NCBI GenBank assembly: GCA_964616175.1
Contig: CAZTUH010000007.1
Location: 7,132-71,131 of the forward strand
DNA: 64,000 nucleotides
Direction: 5' to 3'
Source of the DNA: an uncultured Burkholderiaceae bacterium
GTDB lineage: Bacteria; Pseudomonadota; Gammaproteobacteria; Burkholderiales; Burkholderiaceae_B
Shown: positions 29,813 to 39,627 of the stretch, one piece after another
Layout: each line of letters opens with the position of its first letter
Position numbering within the stretch: position 1 is the stretch's first letter
Translations under genes and position numbers: made by a program
Notes under the pieces: generated by a model
What the model was told of the DNA's origin: nothing
The model's input: the letters and a program-made list of their open reading frames with translations, nothing else
Database searches by the model: none

Positions 29813-30682
29813 ATGTTTTTATTTTGGGTATTACTTGCTACTATATCTGCCGGATCAATAGCAATCCTCATAGCCAGTTGGTTGACATACAAAGTATTTT
29901 CAAAATATTTACACCATATGGTTAGTCTTTCAGTTGGTATTCTTCTTTCTGTTGGTCTTTTGCATCTCTTACCAGAAGCTTATGAAAAAAATATAATCCA
30001 TCCAAAAATACTATTTGGTTTAATGCTAGCATCCTTGATTTGTTTTTTCTTATTGGAAAAAGTTGATCTAATCAGGCATAGTCATCACTACGAAGGCGAT
30101 GGCCATGAACATGGAAAAGGCCATGATTCCCGTGAAGCGGGAAGAGGTGGAATGTCAATTCTTATTGGTAGTTCTTTGCATAATTTTGCTGATGGAATGC
30201 TGTTAGTTGGAGCTTTTTTGACAGATCCCTTTCTTGGAGCCTTAACTGCTATATCTATAACTGTTCATGAAGTTCCTCATAAACTTAGCGATTTTGTTAT
30301 CTTAAGAAATGCTGGAATCAAATTAAAAAAATCTTTCATTTTAATATTTTCTTCAAGTTTATGTTCCTCATTAGGTGCTCTTTTAGGTTATTCCATTTTT
30401 CAGGAACATTGTGAATGGATTCCATATGTTTTGATAGTTGCATCTAGCAGTTTTTTATATATAGCAATGGCTGATTTAATGCCCCAGATGCATGAACAAA
30501 CACCGCCATTCAAAACAATTTCTCAACTTTTTTTTGTTGGAATGGGTATTGCAATTGTTTATTGCATAACAAGTGTGTTGCACTTTCACCATCCAAAACA
30601 CAGTATGTATGTTATAGAACCTCAGAAAGAATGTCTAACCATTCAAACAAATCAGAATAGAGTCAAGCTTTTTGACAATTGA
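29813..30682 (+). CDS. zupT: ZIP-family divalent metal (zinc) transporter
   Basis: 289 aa with 8 predicted TM segments, a His-rich loop (HSHHYEGDGHEHGKGHD) and the ZIP signature HEVPHKLSDF. Confidence 0.82.
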   Translation: MFLFWVLLATISAGSIAILIASWLTYKVFSKYLHHMVSLSVGILLSVGLLHLLPEAYEKNIIHPKILFGLMLASLICFFLLEKVDLIRHSHHYEGDGHEHGKGHDSREAGRGGMSILIGSSLHNFADGMLLVGAFLTDPFLGALTAISITVHEVPHKLSDFVILRNAGIKLKKSFILIFSSSLCSSLGALLGYSIFQEHCEWIPYVLIVASSSFLYIAMADLMPQMHEQTPPFKTISQLFFVGMGIAIVYCITSVLHFHHPKHSMYVIEPQKECLTIQTNQNRVKLFDN

Positions 30683-31401
30683 TCCATATTAGTGTGAACT
30701 AAGAATCTTCTCGGATCTTTTGCATTTTCTAGAAATTCTAAATCTACGGCATCTTTTAAGAAAAATGGTCCAATCTGTATGCGTTTTAAATGTGATAAAT
30801 ACCCGAAGCAACCCATTGATCGACCTATGTCTTGTGCAAGAACTCTAACATAAGTACCTCGACCACATGTTACTTCTAATTCTGCTTTCATTGATGAACA
30901 ATGCAAAATTTTTATTTCATGTATGTTAACTTCCCTGGGAGCTCTTTCTAATTCAATACCTTGCCTTGCATAAAAATATAAAGGCTTACCATTTTTTTTA
31001 AGAGCAGAATACATAGGAGGAACTTGCTGTATTTTTCCCAAAAAACAAGAAATAGTATCTTTTAGTTTTCTTTTATCAATCGACCTAAAACATGAACAAG
31101 CTATAACATTTCCAGTTAAATCACCACTATCGGTTTCTTTACCAAATTGAACAATGGCTTGATAAGTTTTTCTCATTTGAAGGATCAATTCAGAAATTTT
31201 TGTTGTATATCCAACACAGCATAACAATAAACCAGTTGCAAATGGATCAAGAGTGCCCATATATCCAGCTTTTTCTGCATTGAGAATTTTTTTGACACGT
31301 TGAAGTGCGAAATTACTGGAGATACCTGATGGTTTATTCAAAAGAATAATTCCATTCAACTGATTCTTTTCCATTGTATTAATAGTTCCAAACTTTTGCA
31401 T
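30652..31401 (-). CDS. truB: tRNA pseudouridine(55) synthase
   Basis: Motifs LLNKPSGISSN and GTLDPFATGLL (catalytic Asp present). It is the last gene of the rimP-nusA-infB-rbfA-truB operon. An alternative start is at 31374. Its 3' end overlaps the convergent zupT by 31 bp. Confidence 0.9.
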   Translation of the reverse strand: MQKFGTINTMEKNQLNGIILLNKPSGISSNFALQRVKKILNAEKAGYMGTLDPFATGLLLCCVGYTTKISELILQMRKTYQAIVQFGKETDSGDLTGNVIACSCFRSIDKRKLKDTISCFLGKIQQVPPMYSALKKNGKPLYFYARQGIELERAPREVNIHEIKILHCSSMKAELEVTCGRGTYVRVLAQDIGRSMGCFGYLSHLKRIQIGPFFLKDAVDLEFLENAKDPRRFLVHTNMDQLSKSLTLF

Positions 31402-31409
31402 ATACCGTT

Positions 31410-31796
31410 TTATATTTTTCGGTTTGCAAAATCAATCAGGTTTGAAATTTCAATAGACCGAGAAATTTGTCTATCGTATAAAAAAATTAGGTTTGGAGAT
31501 CTTTTTATTTTCAGTATTTTATATAAACTGGAGCGAAAAAAAGGGATATTTTGATTAAGAAGTTTTTCAACAATTTCTGGCTCTTTTTCTAAGACAGAAA
31601 AGTAAATTTTCACATTGGAAAAATCAGGTGCAAGATTTACATCCAAGATAGTTATTAACCCAACTTCACTAATAGAAAACTTATTTTGAGTTAAAATATG
31701 TAAAACCTTATAAATTTTTCTTGAGAGACGTTCATTTCTCTGTTTGCGCCTGTAAAACATTAACTCAAGAGAATCAGGAGTTTTGTTAGATTTCAT
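31410..31796 (-). CDS. rbfA: ribosome-binding factor A
   Basis: 128 aa at the expected operon position. Contains a KH-like core (VNLAPDFSNVKIYFS). Confidence 0.85.
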   Translation of the reverse strand: MKSNKTPDSLELMFYRRKQRNERLSRKIYKVLHILTQNKFSISEVGLITILDVNLAPDFSNVKIYFSVLEKEPEIVEKLLNQNIPFFRSSLYKILKIKRSPNLIFLYDRQISRSIEISNLIDFANRKI

Positions 31797-31827
31797 TCTG
31801 CATGAAAAAGTATTTATTGAAAAACGG

Positions 31828-34518
31828 CTAGAAAGATGCTGCTAGTTCTCTAATTTCAAAAACTTCCAACTGGTCTCCGGAAAAAATATTGACATTTCCA
31901 CAAAGTGTAATTCCACAATCAAAACCAGATCTAACCTCTCCAACATCTTCCTTAAATCGCCGCAAAGAATTGATTTTTCCAGTCCATTGAACAATACTAT
32001 CGCGAATCAGTCGAACTTGAGAATCTCGCCGAACCACGCCATGTAATACCATACATCCCCCAATTTTGATCTTTTTGGAGAAGTGATATACCTCACGAAT
32101 TTCTGCTAAACCTAAAATTTCTTCCCGTTTTTCCGGATCCAGTAATCCTTCCATAGCTGATTTAATCTCGTTAATTACATCATAAATGATGTTGTAATAA
32201 CGTAAATCAATTCCATTTGCTTCGGCAATTCTTTTTGCTCCAATTTCAGCACGTACATTAAAACCAATAATAACAGCACTAGAAGCAATGGCAAGGTTTA
32301 TATCACTTTCAGAAATCCCACCAACAGCTGCATGAACTATTTGCAACTTAACTTGTTCTGTTGATAATTTGTTCAAAGAAAAAGCTAAAGCTTCTTGTGA
32401 ACCTTGAACATCAGTTTTTAAGATAAGTTTTAAAATTTTGTTGTTACATTCTTCTCGCATATTCACCATAGCAGATTGCAAATTAGACGCCTTTTGTTGA
32501 GCAAGACGAACATCCCTAAATTTTCCTTGCCGAAATAAAGCAATCTCTCTAACTTTCCGTTCATCATTCAATGATATTAATTCATCTCCTGCAACTGGAA
32601 CTTCATTTAGCCCTTGAATTTCAACTGGGATAGAAGGGCCAACTTTTTTTACTGATTTTCCACGATCATCAAACATTGCTCGAATACGGCCAAAACTACA
32701 ACCAGCAAGTACTATGTCTGAGGTTTTTAATGTACCACTTTGAATTAAAATTGTTGCGATTGGACCCCGCCCCTTATTCAATCGAGATTCTATAACTATA
32801 CCCTTAGCATTTGTACAAAAAGGAGCCTTCAATTCAAGCATTTCTGCTTGGAGCAAAACAATCTCTAAAAGATTGTCAATGCCATTTCCTGTTTTTGCTG
32901 ATATAGGAACAATTGGGATATCCCCTCCATAATCTTCAGGAACAATTTCTTCAGCAAGAAGCTCTTGTTTAATTCTTTCTGGATTCGAGCCAATTTTATC
33001 AATTTTTGTTATAGCAACTATAATTGGAACCTCTCCTGCTTTAGCATGATGGATAGCCTCCCGAGTTTGAGGCATAACAGAATCATCTGCTGCAACAACT
33101 AGAATGACAATATCAGTTAATTTAGCTCCTCGGGCTCTCATAGCTGTAAATGCTTCATGTCCAGGTGTATCTAGAAATGTTATAGAACCTTGTTCCGTTT
33201 GGACATTATAAGCTCCAATGTGTTGAGTTATACCACCAGCTTCATTGCTTGCTGTTTTTTCACGCCGGATATAATCAAGAAGAGATGTTTTTCCATGATC
33301 CACATGTCCCATTACTGTTACAACTGGAGCTCTTGGAAAAAGTTCAACTTTGTTTAAATCTAAATCTTCATTCTTCTCATTTAACAATGCTTCAGGATCA
33401 TTTAATTTAGCTGTAACAGCAATATGACCAAATTCTTGAACTATAATCATAGCTGTTTCCTGATCTAAAATCTGGTTAATAGTAATCATCTGACCTAGTT
33501 TTATGAGTTGCTTAATAACTTCAGAGGCTTTGATTGACATTTTATGAGAAAGTTCAGAAACACTTATAGTTTCGGGAATATGTATTTCCCGAGAGGAAAC
33601 TGATTGTTTCTGCAAAGAACTACCATAACTAGGTTTTTGAATATAATTTTGTGTGTTTCTTGAGGGTCTTTGTTTCTCAAGTCTATTGGAATTTTTGCCT
33701 TTTTCTAAAGACTTTTTGCGCAATGAATTTTCTCCAAAAGTTGATAATTTTCCTAAGTTTTTTGAAGACTTCTTGGGTTTTTCAATTCTTTTATTTTTCA
33801 AACTTTTAGTTTCAAGTCCTATTTCTTCTGATATTTTTTTCTTGTGCGCATCATTCAAAGTTTGATCTTGATTCAGTTCATTTTTTGCAATTCTTGATTG
33901 ATCAAAAGAATTTTCACTTAAAACAGTTTCTGTTATAGCATGTTTTTTTCCTAAATTAGGATCATTATGTTCTTCTCTTGAATTAATTTCTTTTTCCTGT
34001 TCAATAGGAACTTGTGTTTTTGTCTCTAGGTTCTTCTCAAGGAGTGATTCTTTCTTCTCTTCATGGAAAGCAGAAATACTAGAAGAACTGAAACTAGCTT
34101 CATTTTCCAACTTGAGATTTTCTACTTCCTGAGATGATGAAGATATTTTATCAATTTCCCTAATTGGATTTAAAACCTTAGAAGATGAAGATTCATATGG
34201 ATTTTTTGATTGAAATTCCGGATAATCTCTTTTTATAAAGGTTCGCTTCTTTTTAATTTCTACTTTAATTGTTCTAGATTTTCCGGATGCATCAGATTGA
34301 TGAATCTGAGATGTTTCACGACAAGTCAGAATAATCTTTGTCTTATTGTCAGCTCCATGTGAACGACGTAGGGATTCAAGCAATTGTGACTTATCATAAT
34401 CAGTCAAAGAATCATTAACTGATTTAACATTTACACCGGCAGATTGTAATTGCTTTAGCAAAACATCTGAATGCATATCCAATTCAACAGCGAATTGGGC
34501 TACTGTATTACTCAACAT
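31828..34518 (-). CDS. infB: translation initiation factor IF-2
   Basis: 896 aa with a low-complexity K/S/E-rich N-terminal half and a G domain ([21 protein letters not shown]). Confidence 0.96.
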   Translation of the reverse strand: MLSNTVAQFAVELDMHSDVLLKQLQSAGVNVKSVNDSLTDYDKSQLLESLRRSHGADNKTKIILTCRETSQIHQSDASGKSRTIKVEIKKKRTFIKRDYPEFQSKNPYESSSSKVLNPIREIDKISSSSQEVENLKLENEASFSSSSISAFHEEKKESLLEKNLETKTQVPIEQEKEINSREEHNDPNLGKKHAITETVLSENSFDQSRIAKNELNQDQTLNDAHKKKISEEIGLETKSLKNKRIEKPKKSSKNLGKLSTFGENSLRKKSLEKGKNSNRLEKQRPSRNTQNYIQKPSYGSSLQKQSVSSREIHIPETISVSELSHKMSIKASEVIKQLIKLGQMITINQILDQETAMIIVQEFGHIAVTAKLNDPEALLNEKNEDLDLNKVELFPRAPVVTVMGHVDHGKTSLLDYIRREKTASNEAGGITQHIGAYNVQTEQGSITFLDTPGHEAFTAMRARGAKLTDIVILVVAADDSVMPQTREAIHHAKAGEVPIIVAITKIDKIGSNPERIKQELLAEEIVPEDYGGDIPIVPISAKTGNGIDNLLEIVLLQAEMLELKAPFCTNAKGIVIESRLNKGRGPIATILIQSGTLKTSDIVLAGCSFGRIRAMFDDRGKSVKKVGPSIPVEIQGLNEVPVAGDELISLNDERKVREIALFRQGKFRDVRLAQQKASNLQSAMVNMREECNNKILKLILKTDVQGSQEALAFSLNKLSTEQVKLQIVHAAVGGISESDINLAIASSAVIIGFNVRAEIGAKRIAEANGIDLRYYNIIYDVINEIKSAMEGLLDPEKREEILGLAEIREVYHFSKKIKIGGCMVLHGVVRRDSQVRLIRDSIVQWTGKINSLRRFKEDVGEVRSGFDCGITLCGNVNIFSGDQLEVFEIRELAASF

Positions 34519-34626
34519 TATCCTCTTCCAAATTTTGTAAAAACTACCAAGATTCTAGCAACAAAAACTTACGTTGAAAAAGAAAAATTCCTGAAACTAG
34601 TATCGAAAAAAGAATAACCAGTAGTT

Positions 34627-36099
34627 TTATTCAAACCAGTGTGCTCGAGCTAGCATAATAATTCTTGCTGCTTCATTCTTGCTTAAGCCTGTTATCTCAG
34701 AAATTTCATCTGAAGAAAAATCTGCAAGATCATTTCTTGTAAAGATTTTCTTTTCCGCAAGTAGTAATGCTAAATCAGGATTAATGAAATTTAGTTCAAG
34801 TAAATCTTTTGCTGTTTTAAGACGTTCTTCCCTAGCAATTGCTTCTGTTAAAAGAATATTTCTAGCACGAGAACGCAGCTTGTTAACAATGCTTTCGTCA
34901 AGTGTCCCGATCCTTGATAATTCCTGCATAGGTACATATGCAACTTCTTCTACTCCAGTAAATCCTGCTTTGATTAGGAGATCAGAAGTCTGATGATCAA
35001 TATCAAGTTTTTCACTGAAAGTATTCCGCAATTTTTCATGTTCTAACTCTTTGCGGCTAGTACTTTCTTCGGAAGTCATGATATCAATTTGCCATCCTGT
35101 CAATTCTGAAGCTAATCGTACATTTTGTCCTTTAGTTCCAATTGCTTTTGGCAAATTTTCTTCATCTACTACAACAGTCATAGATGAGTTTTCCTCATCT
35201 ACAACTATTGATTCAATACTAGCAGGAGCTAATGCATTAATTACAAATTGTGCAGGGTCTTCAGACCAAAGAACTATATCTATTTGTTCTCCACATAATT
35301 CATTACGTACAGCAGTGACACGGGAACCTCTCATTCCAACACAAGTACCTATAGGATCAATTCGCTTATCATATGAAACAACTGATATTTTAGCACGGAT
35401 GCCCGGATCTCTTGCAGCTCCTTTGATTTCTAATAGACCCTGCTCAATTTCAGGAACTTCGTTTTCAAATAAACATTTAACAAATGCAGAAGCAGTTCTT
35501 GATAAAATAACTTTTTTTCCTCTAGATCCTTGATCAACTCGAAGTACAAATGCTCGAATCCGATCAGATATCCTGATGTTTTCTTTGGGAATCATCTCGG
35601 ATCTAGGTAATCTAGCTTCGATCTTTCCGATTTCTATAATCAAATCTCCTTTTTCAATCCGCTTTACAGAACCAGATACAATTTGTTCTCTGTTTTCTAG
35701 GAAATCGTTTAGCACTTGTTCACGTTCAGCATCTCGCATGCGTTGCAAAATAGCTTGTTTTGCGGTTTGTGCTCCTATTCTACCGAATTCCATTGGTTCT
35801 AAACGTTTTTCTATATACTCTCCTATTTTAATATTTGGATCAAATTCTTTCGCTTCTGAAAATATTTCCTGTTGATCTGGTTGTTTAAGACCTGCTTCAT
35901 CTGGAACAACTAACCATCGCCGGAAACTTTCATAATTTCCAGTGTTTCGATCAATGTAAACGCGAACCTCAACATCATTATTAAAACGTTTTTTTATAGC
36001 TGAAGCAAGAGCACATTCAAGTGCATCAAAAACAACTTCACGAGCAACATTTTTTTCACGCCTTAGAGCATCAACTAACAGAAGAATTTCTCGACTCAT
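34627..36099 (-). CDS. nusA: transcription termination/antitermination factor NusA
   Basis: 490 aa with an N-terminal domain, S1 domain, two KH domains and C-terminal acidic repeats, at the expected operon position. Confidence 0.95.
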   Translation of the reverse strand: MSREILLLVDALRREKNVAREVVFDALECALASAIKKRFNNDVEVRVYIDRNTGNYESFRRWLVVPDEAGLKQPDQQEIFSEAKEFDPNIKIGEYIEKRLEPMEFGRIGAQTAKQAILQRMRDAEREQVLNDFLENREQIVSGSVKRIEKGDLIIEIGKIEARLPRSEMIPKENIRISDRIRAFVLRVDQGSRGKKVILSRTASAFVKCLFENEVPEIEQGLLEIKGAARDPGIRAKISVVSYDKRIDPIGTCVGMRGSRVTAVRNELCGEQIDIVLWSEDPAQFVINALAPASIESIVVDEENSSMTVVVDEENLPKAIGTKGQNVRLASELTGWQIDIMTSEESTSRKELEHEKLRNTFSEKLDIDHQTSDLLIKAGFTGVEEVAYVPMQELSRIGTLDESIVNKLRSRARNILLTEAIAREERLKTAKDLLELNFINPDLALLLAEKKIFTRNDLADFSSDEISEITGLSKNEAARIIMLARAHWFE

Positions 36100-36602
36100 C
36101 GATTCTTTACCTTAAAATCTAGGATAGGATCCAACTTTGCATTAGCAATTTCATCAATCGTAAATTTTATAACTTGATTTGTATTGTTTTTTGAAAATTG
36201 AAGAGCAAATTCTAGCCTGATATTTTTATCTTCTAAATTATTCTCTCTATCATTTAAAAAAAATTCATTTTTTTGCAGCAACCCACAAAATTCTTTTTGG
36301 CCGTTAACAGCTTTGCAAAACTTAATTCTAACACGATGACCTAAAACTCGAAGGAAATCACTTTCACTCAAAAGTTGCCTATCAATTCCTGGAGAACTAA
36401 CTTCAATATCCTTATAATCAAGACCTTCTACCTGGAAAACACGGTTTAATTGACGAGCAGTATCTTCACAAACTTTAGTTGTTACACCCTTTGGATGGTT
36501 GATTACTACTTTTAGTAAACCAGAAGAAAAAAGATGCACGTCTAACACTTCTATTTCAGTTTCAGATAAAGATTCTTTAGTTAGTTCAATCAATTTTTTC
36601 AT
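36096..36602 (-). CDS. rimP: ribosome maturation factor RimP
   Basis: 168 aa, overlaps the nusA start by 4 bp, and contains EVSSPGIDR. Confidence 0.88.
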   Translation of the reverse strand: MKKLIELTKESLSETEIEVLDVHLFSSGLLKVVINHPKGVTTKVCEDTARQLNRVFQVEGLDYKDIEVSSPGIDRQLLSESDFLRVLGHRVRIKFCKAVNGQKEFCGLLQKNEFFLNDRENNLEDKNIRLEFALQFSKNNTNQVIKFTIDEIANAKLDPILDFKVKNR

Positions 36603-36860
36603 GACATATCTAATAAAAACAGACTGTTCAATTATTGAAAATTCTTTTCTATAATTTTTCTACATAAAACAATATAATTCAGCATAGTAAAATTCTATGA
36701 GAACAGAAGCAAAAAATCTGTTTAAAACATTGATTAAACTTTTAGCTTATTTGTTCTATTTGAGAAAATTAGAAAACTTATTCTAGCAGACAACTAGGTA
36801 AATTGTTTAACAAGCTGCTAATGATTTCACTAAAAAATTAAATGTGTTTTTAATAAAAAT

Positions 36861-38621
36861 TTATAATTTTTTCCAATTAGACTTCTTATAAAACCCAAGA
36901 CATGATTTATGCGCAGAAGAACTATTTGGCTGGCGATTTTCGTCGCAAGAAAATTTTTTTTTCTTTACAATACTTTGCTGATCTGAATATGTTTTTTTTC
37001 TTACTTGAGAAGAATTAAATTCATTTTTAGTGTTCTTTTTAATCTTAGAAACTTTTGAATTATTATTTCTTAGTTCCTTGTTAGGATGTTTCTTCTTAAA
37101 ATCTAAAGAAGATGAATTTGAATTGGATCTTTTATGAAAGAATCCTTCATTCTTACCATTCTGAGAGATATTATATTTACATTCTGATCTTGGAAAATTA
37201 GGTAATTTTGTTTTTGAAAAAAACTTCCTAGGAGAATTTTTCGAACACTTTCTCAAGTCGTGACTTTTATTGCGCTCTAGTGGATGTCCATTAGCATATC
37301 CACCTGTTACCACAAAACTCTCATTAGAGATGCTGCGAGAATTAGACCGCGATGAAAAATTTTTCCAATGACTATGAGTAGGTTTTTCCGTTGGGTATAA
37401 CTTAATATTTTTAAGATTTCTGTTAGTTTTGTTTTTTTCAAAACCTGAGGGAAGACCACTATCATGCGAATTAGGTTGTTTTGAAAAATATTTTCTTTCG
37501 CTAAGATTATTTCTGCTAATGTGTAACAAACCCATCTGTACCATTAATGCTTTTGATAGATTTGCATCTAGTTCTTTCCACTTTCTAGGAAAAAGATTTT
37601 CCGGAAGAACAATGTTTCCTAATCTTGTACAAATTATCCTAGTTATCTGTAAATTCAATTTTTTAAGAAGTTTTCCAACTTCTTGGTTTCTAGATTCCAT
37701 CAAAACTAATCGATACCAGTAACCGGATGCATCTTGTCCAATTAAGTCGACCGAATTGACAAAGGTTATCTCAATATCCTTTTCTAAATGGTTTTTAAGC
37801 AAAAATTCTTGTTCTTCAAGACTTATCTCATTTGATATACATAGTAAATATTCACGATCTACCTTACAGCGAGGAAGAATAATGCGTCTAGTTATATCTG
37901 AAGAATCTGTAAATACAAGCAAACCTTCCAAATCAAAATTAGGAAACCCTATGCAGTTCCAACGTCCATAACGTAGTTTAGGTAAATGAATAGTAGCCAT
38001 GTTTAAATTACATGGGCCTTTTTTGTTGAAATATTCTTTAGAATCAAGAGTTCTATTATAGAGAATGAATCTTGGCAGTTTTCTTTCTTTTATTCGAAAG
38101 ATTGGGCGTCCATTTATTTTGATCAAATCATTTTGTCGGATGCGCTGTCCAATATGAGCTGGTTCCCCATTCACAGATATTCTTCCAGATATAACTAACT
38201 CTTCTACATCCTTGGATGTTCCAACATTGCATTCTGCAAGCAATTTGTGCAACTTAGGCATAACCAAATCACTATTTAAATATTTGCTTAAACGCTGTTC
38301 TGTTTTTGTAGATTCTTTTAAATAAGATTTAAATATCTCAGAATTAGAATTCGTAAAAATCTGGTTACTAGGATTGATTTTATCGAGATTATCTTTCGAT
38401 AAACCAGGCTTTTTAAAGGTTTTATAATTATAATTAGAAATAAAATTTTCTCCCTCTGGTTGTCTGAAATTAGATTGCAATTTTTTTTTCTGACACTTTT
38501 GTAGAGTTCTAGTTCTAGAACTTGAATTAAACTTTTTAATAGGTCTTATTTTTTTTAATGAATCGTTATCTTTATTTGAAATAACTTTCTTATTTTTTTG
38601 AACAATCATATTAGTTGTCAC
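36861..38621 (-). CDS. rluB: RluB/RsuA-family pseudouridine synthase homologue with long K/N/S-rich N- and C-terminal extensions; catalytic motif substituted
   Basis: 586 aa. The S4 domain (KLHKLLAECNVGTSKDVEELVISGRISVNG) and synthase core (LPKLRYGRW..EGLLVFT, DREY, ESRNQEV) align without gaps to E. coli RluB. The GRLD active-site motif reads GFPN here. Confidence 0.75.
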   Translation of the reverse strand: MTTNMIVQKNKKVISNKDNDSLKKIRPIKKFNSSSRTRTLQKCQKKKLQSNFRQPEGENFISNYNYKTFKKPGLSKDNLDKINPSNQIFTNSNSEIFKSYLKESTKTEQRLSKYLNSDLVMPKLHKLLAECNVGTSKDVEELVISGRISVNGEPAHIGQRIRQNDLIKINGRPIFRIKERKLPRFILYNRTLDSKEYFNKKGPCNLNMATIHLPKLRYGRWNCIGFPNFDLEGLLVFTDSSDITRRIILPRCKVDREYLLCISNEISLEEQEFLLKNHLEKDIEITFVNSVDLIGQDASGYWYRLVLMESRNQEVGKLLKKLNLQITRIICTRLGNIVLPENLFPRKWKELDANLSKALMVQMGLLHISRNNLSERKYFSKQPNSHDSGLPSGFEKNKTNRNLKNIKLYPTEKPTHSHWKNFSSRSNSRSISNESFVVTGGYANGHPLERNKSHDLRKCSKNSPRKFFSKTKLPNFPRSECKYNISQNGKNEGFFHKRSNSNSSSLDFKKKHPNKELRNNNSKVSKIKKNTKNEFNSSQVRKKTYSDQQSIVKKKKFSCDENRQPNSSSAHKSCLGFYKKSNWKKL

Positions 38622-38742
38622 TGATTCAACTCCGAATAGTGAAGCTCCAAGCTCAGTTAAAGCAGGAGGTAAAATGCCTAAATTTCTTCTATTTTTCCAA
38701 TGACTAAATCCCAGGAAATCAACTAACGAAAATTCTTTGTTG

Positions 38743-38787
38743 ATTGTTCTTTTTCAAAATTTTTGAAAAATTTTGAAAAAGAACAAT
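38743..38787. repeat. 45-nt perfect palindrome (17-bp arms, extendable to about 20 bp)
   Basis: ATTGTTCTTTTTCAAAA-TTTTTGAAAAA-TTTTGAAAAAGAACAAT. I checked the arms base by base and they are exact reverse complements. It sits about 120 bp upstream of the rluB-like start and about 460 bp downstream of tRNA-Asn on the minus strand. Confidence 0.9.
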
Positions 38788-39250
38788 ACAAGTTTTATAA
38801 TTTGTATTTTGAATAATCTGTCAAACAAAACAATTCATATTGATTATGATGTTTTTAGATAATAAAAAAGTCAAAGAAAAAAATTTTCATAAAAACGGAT
38901 TTCTGTTCCTCATGAAAAATTAATATTTTCAGAATTAGGGCAACAAAAAAACCAGAAGGAAATATAAAAAGCAACTAACAATTACTTTTCCCATCGTTAG
39001 AAAATGCACTCAACAAGGATCATTAAGCTAGAACATTTCGTTGAAAGTATAGATTCCTAGAAAATCATTGATAATAAATAAAAAACTATCAAGAACTTTA
39101 GAGAATAGGAAAAAAATCACTACAAAAAGTTAGTAAATTCTGAAAATAGAAATCAGAAAAGTCCAATCACGAGTGAAAGTACTTTAATAAAAGCTAATCT
39201 TGCAATAGAAAAAAAAATAATTGGATTATTTGCATTTGAAATATAAACCA

Positions 39251-39326
39251 TGGCTCCCCGAGCTGGGCTCGAACCAGCGACCTTCGGATTAACAGTCCGT
39301 CGCTCTACCAACTGAGCTATCAGGGA
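39251..39326 (-). tRNA. tRNA-Asn (anticodon GTT), CCA encoded
   Basis: The reverse complement TCCCTGATAGCTCAGTTGGTAGAGCGACGGACTGTTAATCCGAAGGTCGCTGGTTCGAGCCCAGCTCGGGGAGCCA folds as a 76-nt cloverleaf. It has a 7-bp acceptor stem, GTTCGAGCC T-arm and anticodon loop CTGTTAA. Confidence 0.95.
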
Positions 39327-39537
39327 TTAAATGCTAATTTTGACTTAAAAAAAAATTTATGGCAAGGCAATATTTCCGAGAAATATTTGAAAAAAAATAT
39401 AAATTCGGAAAATTTCTGTTTTTTCCATTCTACATTCTATTATCTGACTAGATAATATCCAATTAAAAGATATTGCTAGGAAGCAGCTTATCAGATCATC
39501 TTGTTTCAATTATTGCTATAATCTTCAAATAAGTTTT

Positions 39538-39613
39538 GCCGGCATAGCTTAGAAGGTGGAGCAGCGCACTCGTAACGCGAAGGTCGGAGGTTCGATTCCT
39601 CTTGCCGGCACCA
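39538..39613 (+). tRNA. tRNA-Thr (anticodon CGT), CCA encoded
   Basis: GCCGGCATAGCTTAGAAGGTGGAGCAGCGCACTCGTAACGCGAAGGTCGGAGGTTCGATTCCTCTTGCCGGCACCA. It is near-identical in layout to E. coli tRNA-Thr(CGU), with anticodon loop CTCGTAA. The anticodon stem has an A31-C39 mismatch. Confidence 0.92.
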
Positions 39614-39627
39614 ATGTATTTATCCTA

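Noticed and set aside
35051-35533. 160-aa ORF antisense to nusA. Similar shadow ORFs include 25363-25689 in rho, 34679-34993, 35576-35875, 20760-21056, 14577-14867 and 63362-63652.
   Set aside because: All are fully embedded antisense in strongly supported genes. They have low-complexity Ser/Ile/Phe-rich translations and no start context. These are typical shadow ORFs of AT-rich coding DNA.
39565-39580. A31-C39 mismatch in the tRNA-Thr(CGT) anticodon stem, considered as a sign of a tRNA pseudogene.
   Set aside because: The acceptor, D and T arms, the conserved loop nucleotides and the CCA are all intact. A single stem mismatch is common in AT-biased genomes. I treat it as a functional tRNA.
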